Notes under the pieces: model-generated
The model's input: only the letters and a program-made list of their open reading frames with translations
The model's database searches: none
Told to the model about the DNA's origin: nothing
Translations under genes and position numbers: made by a program
Shown here: one piece after another, positions 1 to 9,631 of the stretch
Numbering within the stretch: the first letter of the stretch is position 1
Layout: the number at the start of each line of letters is the position of its first letter
Source: a virus
Length of the DNA stretch: 64,000 nt
Virus record (IMG/VR): IMGVR_UViG_3300050821_006637
Coordinates: 1 to 64,000 of that record
Reading direction: 5' to 3' (one strand)

Positions 1-211
1 TGGTGCCCCTCAAGCGGGTGGTATGCCAGGTGGTGGTATGCCTCCTGCTCTCGGTGCTGGAGCTGGTGGACCAACTCCTCCTTCTCTTCCAGGCAAAAGT
101 TTGCCTCTGCGAAAGACTGAAATCCCCCAACCTATAAAAGAGAGAATGAAGATATATAGAAAATCCCTCGCAGAGGAATTAGATAAGGAGTTGTCTAATG
201 GAAGGCACTGA
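1..211 (+). CDS. 3' end of an upstream gene (Gly/Pro-rich tail, possibly portal-associated); partial
   Basis: Frame is open from base 2 (GGT GCC CCT CAA GCG GGT GGT ATG...), so the 62-aa track ORF is probably a C-terminal fragment; two KSL motifs. Portal identity is only a guess. Confidence 0.5.
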   Translation, partial: GAPQAGGMPGGGMPPALGAGAGGPTPPSLPGKSLPLRKTEIPQPIKERMKIYRKSLAEELDKELSNGRH

Positions 212-1247
212 AATGGCTGGAATAAAGCCAGGATATAGAAGCAAAGAACCCTCTGAGATATTTAACTCCCGTCCTCAACCGGGTCCTGGTCTCTCTGCTG
301 GTGCGATGGGACCGAAGAAAGAAACCCCTGCTCTGGGTATGGATGGAATGATGGAGCCAGAGGAGAAGTCTCTTTCCAGAGATGACCTTTTGCTTTCCGT
401 TCGTAAGATGCGAAAGTATATGGATGGAAAGTTAGAGGAGAACGAAAAGAAGCATCAAAAACTTTATGGAGATGCAGTTACTCTCATCAAAGCAATGACA
501 CAGGAAATTAAGAATCTTAAAGATGAAATATCCTCATATAAGAAAGTTTTGACAGATTCCTCTTCTACTCAAAGTAAGTTACAGGGAGAGCAGAAGTCTT
601 TGAGAGTAGATGTGGATACAAGGAATGATGTATTCCGTAAGTCTATCATAGATATGATGGAAAAGCAGTTTAGTGATTTATACGTGTATACAGACAAGAA
701 ATTCCAAGCAACAACGGCTGAGAATGCTGCGGGTGTGGAAAATCTTAACAAGGCTTTCAATATGGGCTTAGAGGCCGCAGAGCCTCGTTTCAAAACCCTC
801 ATCAATAATCAATTTGAACACGTCCTCGCCCCTGCGATTAAAGCCTTGATTCAAGGGATGCCAGTGCCAATTGTCAATGTCCCTGAGAATGCTATTAAAT
901 CGGCAGATGTCCAAGTCAATGTTCCTGCTCCACAGATTACGAATAATTTGGAAAATGTGAAATTGTTACTTTCTGAGAAGTCTTTTAATCTTAATGTTGA
1001 ACAACCTGCTCCACACGTTCATTTGCCAGAAGGTCTGGTTAAGAATGAGGCGGCGATTGTAAATGTTCATGTTCCTCCACAGCCAGAACAGAAGACACCT
1101 CAAGTCAATGTTCATGTGCCGGAGCAACCCACGCCAGAAGTAATTGTCAATAATGTTCCTAGAAGGAAGGTGATGAAGACATTTGAGTATTATCCGGATG
1201 GCAGACCATCAAAGGTTCTGGAAGAAGATATGCCAGAGGATAAGTGA
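198..1247 (+). CDS. Coiled-coil protein with C-terminal (P/A/V)xVNV repeats, probably head-associated
   Basis: 349-aa ORF; heptad-rich middle, repeated IVNV/VNVP/VNVHVP; several KS/KA-hydrophobic motifs. Confidence 0.65.
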   Translation: MEGTEMAGIKPGYRSKEPSEIFNSRPQPGPGLSAGAMGPKKETPALGMDGMMEPEEKSLSRDDLLLSVRKMRKYMDGKLEENEKKHQKLYGDAVTLIKAMTQEIKNLKDEISSYKKVLTDSSSTQSKLQGEQKSLRVDVDTRNDVFRKSIIDMMEKQFSDLYVYTDKKFQATTAENAAGVENLNKAFNMGLEAAEPRFKTLINNQFEHVLAPAIKALIQGMPVPIVNVPENAIKSADVQVNVPAPQITNNLENVKLLLSEKSFNLNVEQPAPHVHLPEGLVKNEAAIVNVHVPPQPEQKTPQVNVHVPEQPTPEVIVNNVPRRKVMKTFEYYPDGRPSKVLEEDMPEDK

Positions 1248-1466
1248 ATGTCAACTCCTAGTTCTGCTGTCAAAGTATCTGGTCCTTTGAATTTAGGAAG
1301 TGGACAAGTTCTTTCTCAGAACTTCCAGTTAGGGTCTTCACAGGCGACTTTGATTATTCATGGTCCTTTAGTTCTTGGTAATGGGAAATCCATTTCTGCT
1401 AGTTTGAATCTAATCCCACCAGTTATATCTGTCGGTTTCCGTGACGTGATGGGTATTACCTTGTGA
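1248..1466 (+). CDS. Small hypothetical virion-type protein with internal repeat (GPLxLGxG x2)
   Basis: 72-aa ORF abutting the previous stop. Confidence 0.55.
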   Translation: MSTPSSAVKVSGPLNLGSGQVLSQNFQLGSSQATLIIHGPLVLGNGKSISASLNLIPPVISVGFRDVMGITL

Positions 1467-1512
1467 TTACCTTATGATAATCTAGTAATAGGATAGAGCG
1501 GGATAGGAGAAA

Positions 1513-4500
1513 ATGCAGTCGCCATTTCTATTAGTTGGTAATCCTGTAGTAGGGGCGTCTGGTCCTGCTCCTATCTTGAATGGTTTTACGATTAATGGAG
1601 ACCCTTCAACTGCGACGGCGGCTCCTGGTGTCAATATGACACTGGATTGGGATGTTAGTGGAGCGACGAATGTTCAACTCACTACGGGAAGCAATTATGC
1701 TTGGTCTAATTGGTCTGCCACAGGCACTACTTCTGTAAATGCGAATGGCAGTAGAAACTTCTTCCTTCGTGCTAGTAGTGATGGAGGAGTTACTTGGCCT
1801 ACTTTCGCTGCTGTTCACTCTATTGTCACTCAAACTACTAGCGCTCCTAATCTCAGTGGTATAGGAAGATATGATAACTTCACCCGTGCCAATAGCTCTT
1901 CGTCTTTAGGTTCTCCGTCGGATGGAGGTTCTGCTTGGACTGCTTTGACTGGCACTTGGGGGATATCTAGTAACCAAGCTATTAATATCACAGGAGGAAC
2001 GAATAATATAGCGGTCTTATCTTCTACTTTTTCAGATGTATCTGCCACGTTCACGTTACCGACATATACTTTTGGTGTCACTCAAGTAGGAGTCGTAGTA
2101 AGAGCTAGTGACGCAAACAACTTTATCTTTCTTGAGGCAGCTCAGGGTATTTTCTTAAAGAAATATGTTGCTGGTAGTCTTAATCAAATCATCGCCACAG
2201 GTTCTCCCGCCAGTGGCGATAGGTATCAAATCGTCTGCATCGGCAGTACGATTACTTGTTATCAAAACGGAGTCCTTCTTTTCATTGTCACAGATTCTTT
2301 CAACCAAACAGCAACAAATCATGGATTATATGCAAATACGGATAATACGACACCTTTAACAGATTTCGCTGCCCTGGATGCCTCCAAGTGTTTAGACCCG
2401 CAACTCGCTATTCCAGACTTCTGTCTGAATCCGACGACACATAGCACTAAGACAGGAAGTTGGTTTGACTCTACGGTCTGGAGCGGAGGTTCCGTTCCTG
2501 GTTCCTCAGATGTTGCTGTAATACAGAATGGACACATTGTCACAGTAGATGGATTCTCCGACGTTCCTGTCAATGGGATAGGTGTCCAATCTGGTGGTTC
2601 TTTAGAATTTGCTACAAATGCCAAAGTCCGTCTAACTGCTTGTCAAGTCGTAGTCTATGATACAGATGGCTCGCACGGACAAGGTTATTTTGAGATAGGG
2701 AATAGTGGAAATCCTGTCAATCCAACATCCATCCAAGACCAGACAGCTTGTCTAGCATTAGCGAGTGCTCCTTATGCTCAAGCAGACTTCATGCACTGGG
2801 GAGCTGGTCTCTACGTCTTTGGAAAAGCTAGAACCTATGGACAACCCACTTCTCCTGGATACGTTCGTTTAGCCACGGCTCCTCAAGCAGGAGATAGAAC
2901 CCTTTCACTTTCTAGTCCTGTTACTGGTTGGACACAAGGAGACAGACTCTATATTCCGGATACCACCGCGAGGACGGATGCGGCTATCTATGACCCGACT
3001 AGCTACTATGATGTATTGATGTTAGAGGGCGTCTCTCCAAATGGGTTGACATTGACAGTTTCTACTATCACAGGAACTGGTCTGTACTATAGTCATCCAG
3101 GCTCATCTGTAGTAGACAACCCCGCAGCCCCGCCAGAGTATTTACCTCATGTAGTGAATATGAGTCGTTGGGCATCCATCCGAACAACAGACCCGACGGA
3201 CATTAATCGTCCTCATGTATTCTGTGGTAATCGGGCGGATGTTGATTTCGAGTATACGACATTCCACAGCACAGGGAGGGCGGCTCCGTTTCCCGGGGCA
3301 GGAGTGCAGTTTAATCGTCTGTGGGGTCCGTTCCCAGTACGGGCAGACGGGTATCAATTTTCCATCACAAATTGTTCTGTGCTAGACCCTTTTCCTGTCC
3401 CATCCTTAGATGCTGCTAGTGCTCGTTGGGGTATTGTAATTAGCGAATCTGGATGGGGATTAGTGCAGGATAATGTCGTCATCAATTGGGGAGGAGCTGG
3501 GATTACTCCTAGAAATGGCAATGAACGACAGAACACTGTCAATAGGAACTTTGTTGGCTTGATTCGAGGCAATGGAGACCGTTCCGATCAGACAGGCAAT
3601 CCAGCCAACAATGGGGCTTTCAATCATCCAGAGAATCAAGGTCCTGGGAACGGAGTGTGGTGCCGGAATGCTGACCAGATAGTCACTAACAATGTCGTCG
3701 CCGATTGTCGTTCTATCGGTTCATTCTATGCTTACAGCTTTTCCGTCACTCCATTGTCTGAGGGAGGGACGAATCAACTATCAGTACAGAAATACACCCC
3801 AGCATACCAAGGAGCAAATCCCTATTCTGGTAATCCAGCGGATATTTATACGGTATCTACCCCTTTTGGGACGAATTACTTTAGTCCTATAGGCATTCCA
3901 ATCCGTAATATTTCAAATAATGAAGGCTACTCTTCAACCAACTGCATGACGATTTGGTTCGTCCTGCCTTCTGACATCGTAACAGATGCATTTTCAGCCT
4001 CTCTGTATGGTTACTTTGTTCCTGGAGTTGGAGGTGCGGGGGCAAATGGAACGATTCAGAGTTTGACTGGGTGGACTCTCTATCAGTGGGGGATATTTCT
4101 CTACCCAACGACAAATGTAACGATAGATGGATGTATATTTAGAGGATGTGTAACAGATAACTCTCATCGTCCTCCACGCGGTATTCATTCGGATGACTAT
4201 TGTTCTTGGAATTTGACTGTTTCTAATTGTGATATACGAAATTTTGATGTGGGTTTGATTCCCGCTTATTTTGGACAATATGATATAACGTTCGAGGATT
4301 GCCATTTAGTCAACAAGGAGAACATTTTGATTCAACCACTGACGAGTTCCATTGGTTCCGTATTCACAACTGGGAATTGGGTGTTGAATGTCCCAAATCA
4401 ATTGCTTGGCGGTCCTCGTTCTTACGCTATCAATAATTGCACTTATGCCGTCTGGCCTGGATTTCCGTTAGTAACCATATACGGAAGTAATCAACCATTT

Positions 4501-4920
4501 GGTTCTACTGCTGGAGGTGTTTCTCTGGCTGGAGATGGTTGGACGTCCCCAGTTTCTATCGCTGTGACAGACCATCAAGGTGTGGCAAATGATGATTTTT
4601 CAATGTTCCTCTACACTACGGAACCAAATCGTCAATTATCTCCAAATTTCCCATCTAACTTCGTAGTAAGTGTCCCTCAGTTCAATCTTACGAATGCTCA
4701 ATCATATGATAAGTTTAATAATGACGGGACGATTAAAAAGATGGCAAGTAGACTAGCTATGAATACTCCTGGTTTGAGTTTTGTTGGTCAAATACGTCCT
4801 CCCCAGTGGGGGGTGAGACCAGATGTTTACGGATTCATAAGTGTGAATCCGGGACCTTATCCTACTCGCTATTCACCGGCTACATCCATGAGACGCTTAC
4901 ATACTACACGAGGGGTTTAG
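1513..4920 (+). CDS. G8-domain / parallel beta-helix protein with N-terminal Ig-like and lectin-like domains; candidate receptor-binding protein or depolymerase
   Basis: GGAGA RBS; G8 signature KTGSWFDSTVWSGGSVPGSSDVAVIQNGHIVTVD; beta-helix repeats (VQDNVVIN, VTNNVVAD, TIDGCIF, VSNCDI); DNFTRAN...W..TGTWGISSNQA lectin-like segment. Confidence 0.75.
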   Translation: MQSPFLLVGNPVVGASGPAPILNGFTINGDPSTATAAPGVNMTLDWDVSGATNVQLTTGSNYAWSNWSATGTTSVNANGSRNFFLRASSDGGVTWPTFAAVHSIVTQTTSAPNLSGIGRYDNFTRANSSSSLGSPSDGGSAWTALTGTWGISSNQAINITGGTNNIAVLSSTFSDVSATFTLPTYTFGVTQVGVVVRASDANNFIFLEAAQGIFLKKYVAGSLNQIIATGSPASGDRYQIVCIGSTITCYQNGVLLFIVTDSFNQTATNHGLYANTDNTTPLTDFAALDASKCLDPQLAIPDFCLNPTTHSTKTGSWFDSTVWSGGSVPGSSDVAVIQNGHIVTVDGFSDVPVNGIGVQSGGSLEFATNAKVRLTACQVVVYDTDGSHGQGYFEIGNSGNPVNPTSIQDQTACLALASAPYAQADFMHWGAGLYVFGKARTYGQPTSPGYVRLATAPQAGDRTLSLSSPVTGWTQGDRLYIPDTTARTDAAIYDPTSYYDVLMLEGVSPNGLTLTVSTITGTGLYYSHPGSSVVDNPAAPPEYLPHVVNMSRWASIRTTDPTDINRPHVFCGNRADVDFEYTTFHSTGRAAPFPGAGVQFNRLWGPFPVRADGYQFSITNCSVLDPFPVPSLDAASARWGIVISESGWGLVQDNVVINWGGAGITPRNGNERQNTVNRNFVGLIRGNGDRSDQTGNPANNGAFNHPENQGPGNGVWCRNADQIVTNNVVADCRSIGSFYAYSFSVTPLSEGGTNQLSVQKYTPAYQGANPYSGNPADIYTVSTPFGTNYFSPIGIPIRNISNNEGYSSTNCMTIWFVLPSDIVTDAFSASLYGYFVPGVGGAGANGTIQSLTGWTLYQWGIFLYPTTNVTIDGCIFRGCVTDNSHRPPRGIHSDDYCSWNLTVSNCDIRNFDVGLIPAYFGQYDITFEDCHLVNKENILIQPLTSSIGSVFTTGNWVLNVPNQLLGGPRSYAINNCTYAVWPGFPLVTIYGSNQPFGSTAGGVSLAGDGWTSPVSIAVTDHQGVANDDFSMFLYTTEPNRQLSPNFPSNFVVSVPQFNLTNAQSYDKFNNDGTIKKMASRLAMNTPGLSFVGQIRPPQWGVRPDVYGFISVNPGPYPTRYSPATSMRRLHTTRGV

Positions 4921-4932
4921 AAGGAGTTTGAT

Positions 4933-5421
4933 ATGACAACTCAAAAAGTCGTTTATGGAAGTGGAGTGCCTATTCCTATTACTATAGGTTCCCTTGTCAA
5001 TAACGCAGCTAGACAGAGTGCTGCTGTAAATAATTCTTCTGGTCTGTATTTGGACGCATTGGCGAGTGTGACTGTCAAAGCTCCTACAACTGGCGTGAGC
5101 GGTAATTCTTTGGTGAATGTTTATGTGGCTGGTTCGATAGACGGAACTACGTGGCCTGGAGAAGGCTCTGGGAATCTGGATGGTGTGAATGGTATTGATG
5201 CGACCATTACATTAGAGGCTCCGACGAATTTGATATTATTGTCACAAATCACAACGCCAACCGCCAGCGGTTCTTATGTGTCAGAGCCTTCAAGTCTTGC
5301 TTCGGTATTTAATGGAATAATACCTCCCAGTTGGAGTCTTATCGTACAGAACTTAACGGGACAGACTCTTCAGAGTGGAAGTTCTGCGAGTTACATTGGA
5401 ATTAATACGACTTCTGTTTAG
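4933..5421 (+). CDS. Beta-rich virion protein, paralog A
   Basis: AAGGAG RBS; 162 aa; shares NNAARQSAAV and DGTTWPGEGSGN with the next gene. Confidence 0.75.
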   Translation: MTTQKVVYGSGVPIPITIGSLVNNAARQSAAVNNSSGLYLDALASVTVKAPTTGVSGNSLVNVYVAGSIDGTTWPGEGSGNLDGVNGIDATITLEAPTNLILLSQITTPTASGSYVSEPSSLASVFNGIIPPSWSLIVQNLTGQTLQSGSSASYIGINTTSV

Positions 5422-5459
5422 GAGTAATCTCTCCCACAAAGAAATGAGGAGAGTTTTGT

Positions 5460-5951
5460 ATGGCGACGACACAGAAAATATCCTATGGTGGAAATACTAG
5501 CATCACAATCACTGTGGGTGCATTGGCTAATAACGCAGCTAGACAGAGTGCCGCTGTAGATAATACCTCTAATCTGTACTTAGATGCACTACTTACAGTC
5601 TCCATCAATGCTCCTACATCTGGTTTATCTACTCCTTTCTTGGTCAATATCTATCTTGCCGGTTCCTTTGACGGAACTACGTGGCCTGGAGAGGGTTCGG
5701 GTAATCCGGATGGAGTCACTGGGATAGATTCCGCTATCACATTAGACAGCCCAACTGATTTGATATTGGTAGGACAAATAGCGATGCCGACGGCGAGCAA
5801 GACTTATGTGACGGAGCCCATCAGTGTTGCATCAGCTTTTGCTGGATTAATGCCGATTAAGTGGAGTATTATCATTCAGAATACTTCGGGTGGAACTTTA
5901 CAGACTGGCAGTGTGGCTCATTACAATGGGATTTATACGACTTCTGTCTAA
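5460..5951 (+). CDS. Beta-rich virion protein, paralog B
   Basis: 163 aa; tandem duplicate of 4933..5421. Confidence 0.75.
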   Translation: MATTQKISYGGNTSITITVGALANNAARQSAAVDNTSNLYLDALLTVSINAPTSGLSTPFLVNIYLAGSFDGTTWPGEGSGNPDGVTGIDSAITLDSPTDLILVGQIAMPTASKTYVTEPISVASAFAGLMPIKWSIIIQNTSGGTLQTGSVAHYNGIYTTSV

Positions 5952-5976
5952 TAGACATTGAACTAATGGGAAGAAT

Positions 5977-7290
5977 ATGGCTACTAATCCTACGGCTCAG
6001 TGGTGGGTGCGGAACGATGGTAATGATGGCAATGGTGGAGGTTACGACTCTGGGATAGGTGGGGCTGCGACGAACTATTCCGACCAGGCAGCGGCACAAG
6101 CGTCGTGGGCGACTCTCACTTTAGCTGCTGGCACATTAACTGATGCTGGAGCAACTGGGTTATTCACTGCTCTTATGATAGGTAACGCTGTCAATGTTCC
6201 AGGCCAGGGTTATTATTGGATTACAGCATTCACCAATAGTAATACTGTCACGGTTACGGCAGGCACGGGAGCTACCACATCCTTCACAACGCAGCCCGGA
6301 AAACTAGGAGGAGCATTCCGCAATCCGTCGAATCTTTCCAATGGTGGCTCGGTTTCTGCTCCGGCGACTACTACGGCTCTGGTATCTGGCAATAAGGTCA
6401 ATGTACGAGCATCTGGTTCCGGTTCTGTCGGGTCTCCAGATTATACGCAAACGGGCTATGCAGAATTCCCAAACGGAGACACTACAAATGGATATATTTC
6501 ATGGGTAGCATATAACGGAACTCCGTATCTCAAGGGCGATGGTCTAGTCTTCCATATTCTAACCTATCACAAGATGGTTGGGTTGTATATAACCACATCA
6601 GGTTCTTCTAATGGGGCATTTGGGATTATAAACTATGTCACCATTTGTACTTTCATTTCTTGCACTATTGACGCTAATAACCAAGCCTGCACAGGTATCT
6701 TCACCCAGTCTGGAGGTGGTCAAGGTGCCCTAACTGTTATTGGGTGTAATCTTGTTGGTGGAGGAACTACGAGTCTCAATGGTGCTCAAGTACAGGGTTA
6801 TGGGGAGGAGTTCAAGAATTGTGCGATACACGGATGGGGCAGTTGGGGCATTTTGGAAAATGCAGACCCAACTGGTGTCAACGTAGTAAATTGTGCTGTC
6901 TATGGGAATACCGCAGGTGGTATTTCCCTCACTACAACGAGTGTTGAACTAGGGACTATTGACGGTTGCACTATTGATGCTAATGGTGGTGATGGAGTAC
7001 AGATTAATAGTACCGCAGCAGCAGTTTGGACTCGCATTCTCAATAACAACATTACGAACAATGGTGGATATGGCATCAATGTAGCAGCAGGGACGACGAC
7101 GACGAACAATGCAGCGATTGCTTTTGCTGACTATAACAACGTCTTCAATAATACGACTGCCAACTATCATAATATCAGTGCTGGAACACATGACCTAAGT
7201 GTTAATCCAAACTATACAAATGCCTCAACGGGTCATTTTACTCCGGCAAATGTGGCTCTAATCGCAGCGGCTCCTATCGGATTTGCATAA
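5977..7290 (+). CDS. Right-handed beta-helix (pectin-lyase-like) virion protein
   Basis: Repeats FISCTIDAN, FKNCAIHG, VVNCAVYGN, IDGCTIDAN, ILNNNITNNGGYGI; DYNNVFNN...NPNYTNA terminal motif. Confidence 0.75.
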   Translation: MATNPTAQWWVRNDGNDGNGGGYDSGIGGAATNYSDQAAAQASWATLTLAAGTLTDAGATGLFTALMIGNAVNVPGQGYYWITAFTNSNTVTVTAGTGATTSFTTQPGKLGGAFRNPSNLSNGGSVSAPATTTALVSGNKVNVRASGSGSVGSPDYTQTGYAEFPNGDTTNGYISWVAYNGTPYLKGDGLVFHILTYHKMVGLYITTSGSSNGAFGIINYVTICTFISCTIDANNQACTGIFTQSGGGQGALTVIGCNLVGGGTTSLNGAQVQGYGEEFKNCAIHGWGSWGILENADPTGVNVVNCAVYGNTAGGISLTTTSVELGTIDGCTIDANGGDGVQINSTAAAVWTRILNNNITNNGGYGINVAAGTTTTNNAAIAFADYNNVFNNTTANYHNISAGTHDLSVNPNYTNASTGHFTPANVALIAAAPIGFA

Positions 7291-7303
7291 GGATTTGCGT
7301 GAT

Positions 7304-7441
7304 ATGAATAATCTTTATATCGGTGCGGTGCAGGTCGGTGGATTGTGGATTGGAGCTGTTCAACCAGCCTCTACGTCCGCTTTTCATCCGTTCGCAATTT
7401 ATCTTAAAAAACAGGGACTTATAGGTTCTGGAGTCTACTAA
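7304..7441 (+). CDS. 45-aa ORF with two IGAVQ motifs (below the ORF-track cutoff)
   Basis: Hand translation MNNLYIGAVQVGGLWIGAVQPASTSAFHPFAIYLKKQGLIGSGVY; TAATG overlap with the next start. Confidence 0.55.
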   Translation: MNNLYIGAVQVGGLWIGAVQPASTSAFHPFAIYLKKQGLIGSGVY

Positions 7442-9129
7442 TGTTTTCAGTTGCGATTAGTGGTCAACACCTGGGCTTCAACTTCATCAGTGCTCTCTCT
7501 GGCACTCCTTTGACTGGATTGTCTGGTCTTATTTCAGGCTATAAATCTATAGATGGTGCTGCTCAAGCTGGTATCAGTGGATTTGTGACTGAATTAGCTT
7601 TCGGTCAATATCAAGCGAATCTTTTTAGCCCTGATGTCAGTGGAAAGATAATCACTTTCTACTTCACTGGTGCAAGTGGTGCTGTTCCTGTTGAAAAGAC
7701 TGTCGTTACCACCCTCAATGTCAGTGGTCAAATCTATCCAGCATCTGGCATCAATGCTGTAGTCCCATCCGCCACTCTAAGTGGAGTGACGGCTAATTCT
7801 GGTCTCTTCGTGTCGGTGCCTATTTCTTCTATCAGTGGAGTGAATGTCGTTGCTTCTCAAGCCAGCGGAACTACTTTCCTCGCCTCGGGTAGTTTCTTAT
7901 TCGGTAGTGGGCAGTTTTATCTGGCTAGTGGGACGGATTTCTTGCCATCGGGCTCTATCTTTGCTACGACCTTTGCGAGTGGTGTCTTGGCTGGAAGTGG
8001 ACAGATATTCTTGGCTTCTGGGACACCACTATTCTACTCTGGCCTCTATTATGTGGCTTCTGGGTCTGTTACAGCTTCTGTTAGTTCTGGTTCTCTTTAC
8101 TTAGCCAGTGGTTCTATCTTTAAGAATACATTTGCGAGTGGAGTATTAGGTACTTCCGGAGGATTGCCGACTGCTTGGGGTGGTTCTGGTGCTGTTACCG
8201 ACGGACAGAATTTGGATAAGACTGGTTATACATTACTCAGTGGTCAATCCTACACAGCATCTGGCATCAATGTGACAGTTCCTCCTGCCACTCTAAGTGG
8301 AGTGACTCCCTCCTTCTCTCCAGCAGTCTTCAGTGGTATCTTCAGTGGGAACTTTGTAGTTGTCGGTTCTGTCCTCAGTGGTGTCTTCAGTGGACAACAG
8401 GTAACTCTTACCAGCGGACAATCTTATACGGCAAGTGGAATCAATGCGACGGCGACTGTTCTGTCTGGTCAAGTCTATCTTAACAGCGGTTATGTTCTCT
8501 CCAATAGTGGGCAGTTCTACGTCGCTTCCGGTTCTGTTGCAGCAACTGCTAATTCTGGCCTCTTCGTGTCGGTGCCGATTTCTTCTATCAGTGGTGTAAA
8601 CGTCGTTGCTGCTCAAGGCAGTGGGACTACTTTCCTCGCATCTGGGCAAGCAGTTTATCTGTATTCTGGTCAATCTGTTAATGTCTATTCTGGACAATTG
8701 AGTGGACAACCAGTTACTACAGGGTCTGGTCTTTTTGTTTCTGTACCAATCTCTTCTATTAGTGGAGTGAATTCTGTCGTTCCAGCATCGACTCTAAGTG
8801 GGGTAATTGCAAATTCCGGTCTTTTTGTCAGCGTGCCTATCTCCTCAATTAGTGGAGTCAATGCTGGCAATGTCTCCGTTGCCAGTGGTCAAGTGTTCTT
8901 AGCTAGTGGATGGCCTCAACAGGTTCTTACCTATAACTTCTCTGGGCTTCCAAATAATCCCGTCCACACGATGGTCAATGCTCTTCGAAAGTTGATTGAC
9001 AGATGGGATACGACGACGAATAGTGGGCAGTTGACAGTTTATCTGGAAGACGCTGCTTCGGTGGCTTATATGCAGCCGTTGACGAGTCAATCTGGTGCGG
9101 CTCCAGTAACAGCCCTTGGGGATTCCTAA
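7441..9129 (+). CDS. Ser-Gly-rich repetitive virion (fibre-like) protein
   Basis: 562 aa with roughly 57 SG dipeptides by hand count; SGLFVSVPISSISGVN occurs four times. Confidence 0.75.
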   Translation: MFSVAISGQHLGFNFISALSGTPLTGLSGLISGYKSIDGAAQAGISGFVTELAFGQYQANLFSPDVSGKIITFYFTGASGAVPVEKTVVTTLNVSGQIYPASGINAVVPSATLSGVTANSGLFVSVPISSISGVNVVASQASGTTFLASGSFLFGSGQFYLASGTDFLPSGSIFATTFASGVLAGSGQIFLASGTPLFYSGLYYVASGSVTASVSSGSLYLASGSIFKNTFASGVLGTSGGLPTAWGGSGAVTDGQNLDKTGYTLLSGQSYTASGINVTVPPATLSGVTPSFSPAVFSGIFSGNFVVVGSVLSGVFSGQQVTLTSGQSYTASGINATATVLSGQVYLNSGYVLSNSGQFYVASGSVAATANSGLFVSVPISSISGVNVVAAQGSGTTFLASGQAVYLYSGQSVNVYSGQLSGQPVTTGSGLFVSVPISSISGVNSVVPASTLSGVIANSGLFVSVPISSISGVNAGNVSVASGQVFLASGWPQQVLTYNFSGLPNNPVHTMVNALRKLIDRWDTTTNSGQLTVYLEDAASVAYMQPLTSQSGAAPVTALGDS

Positions 9130-9144
9130 GTGGGGAAGTAAGGA

Positions 9145-9612
9145 ATGCCAGAAGCAGGCTTTTCTAGTTTGACAGATTTCACTGGTCTTCCTGTGGGAGA
9201 CGGCAACTCCGTTCCCCCACCAGTTCTAGCACCAGGATTTCTTAGTCTTTTAGACTTCACTGGTCTTCCAATCGGTGCGGGAAGTTTCATTCCGTCCGCT
9301 CCACCTGTTGCTGGATTTTTGGGTCTTTTAGATTTTACTGGATTGCCGACGGGAGCAGGGATAGGCTCTCCCGTCCCTCCTGTCATTCCTCATGGTCATG
9401 GGTTCCGTGGTGCTGGACGTCATCTGACATACATCATGCGTATGGCTCAACAGATGAGGCAACAGAAGCAGAAGAGGCAGTTAGTAGAAAGAGTATTAGA
9501 GCAGGTAACCTATACTAAGAGAGTATTGGAAGAAGGTTGGCGAGCAGAGCAACAATACAGGAAGAATCTTGCTGTCGTACAGACGTATTCGATTCTTTTA
9601 GCAGAGGTTTAG
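9145..9612 (+). CDS. Hypothetical protein with 3x GFxxLxDFTGLPxG repeats and a helical C-terminus
   Basis: 155-aa ORF; repeats visible in translation. Confidence 0.65.
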   Translation: MPEAGFSSLTDFTGLPVGDGNSVPPPVLAPGFLSLLDFTGLPIGAGSFIPSAPPVAGFLGLLDFTGLPTGAGIGSPVPPVIPHGHGFRGAGRHLTYIMRMAQQMRQQKQKRQLVERVLEQVTYTKRVLEEGWRAEQQYRKNLAVVQTYSILLAEV

Positions 9613-9631
9613 AGGAAAGTGAGGTGCCAGT

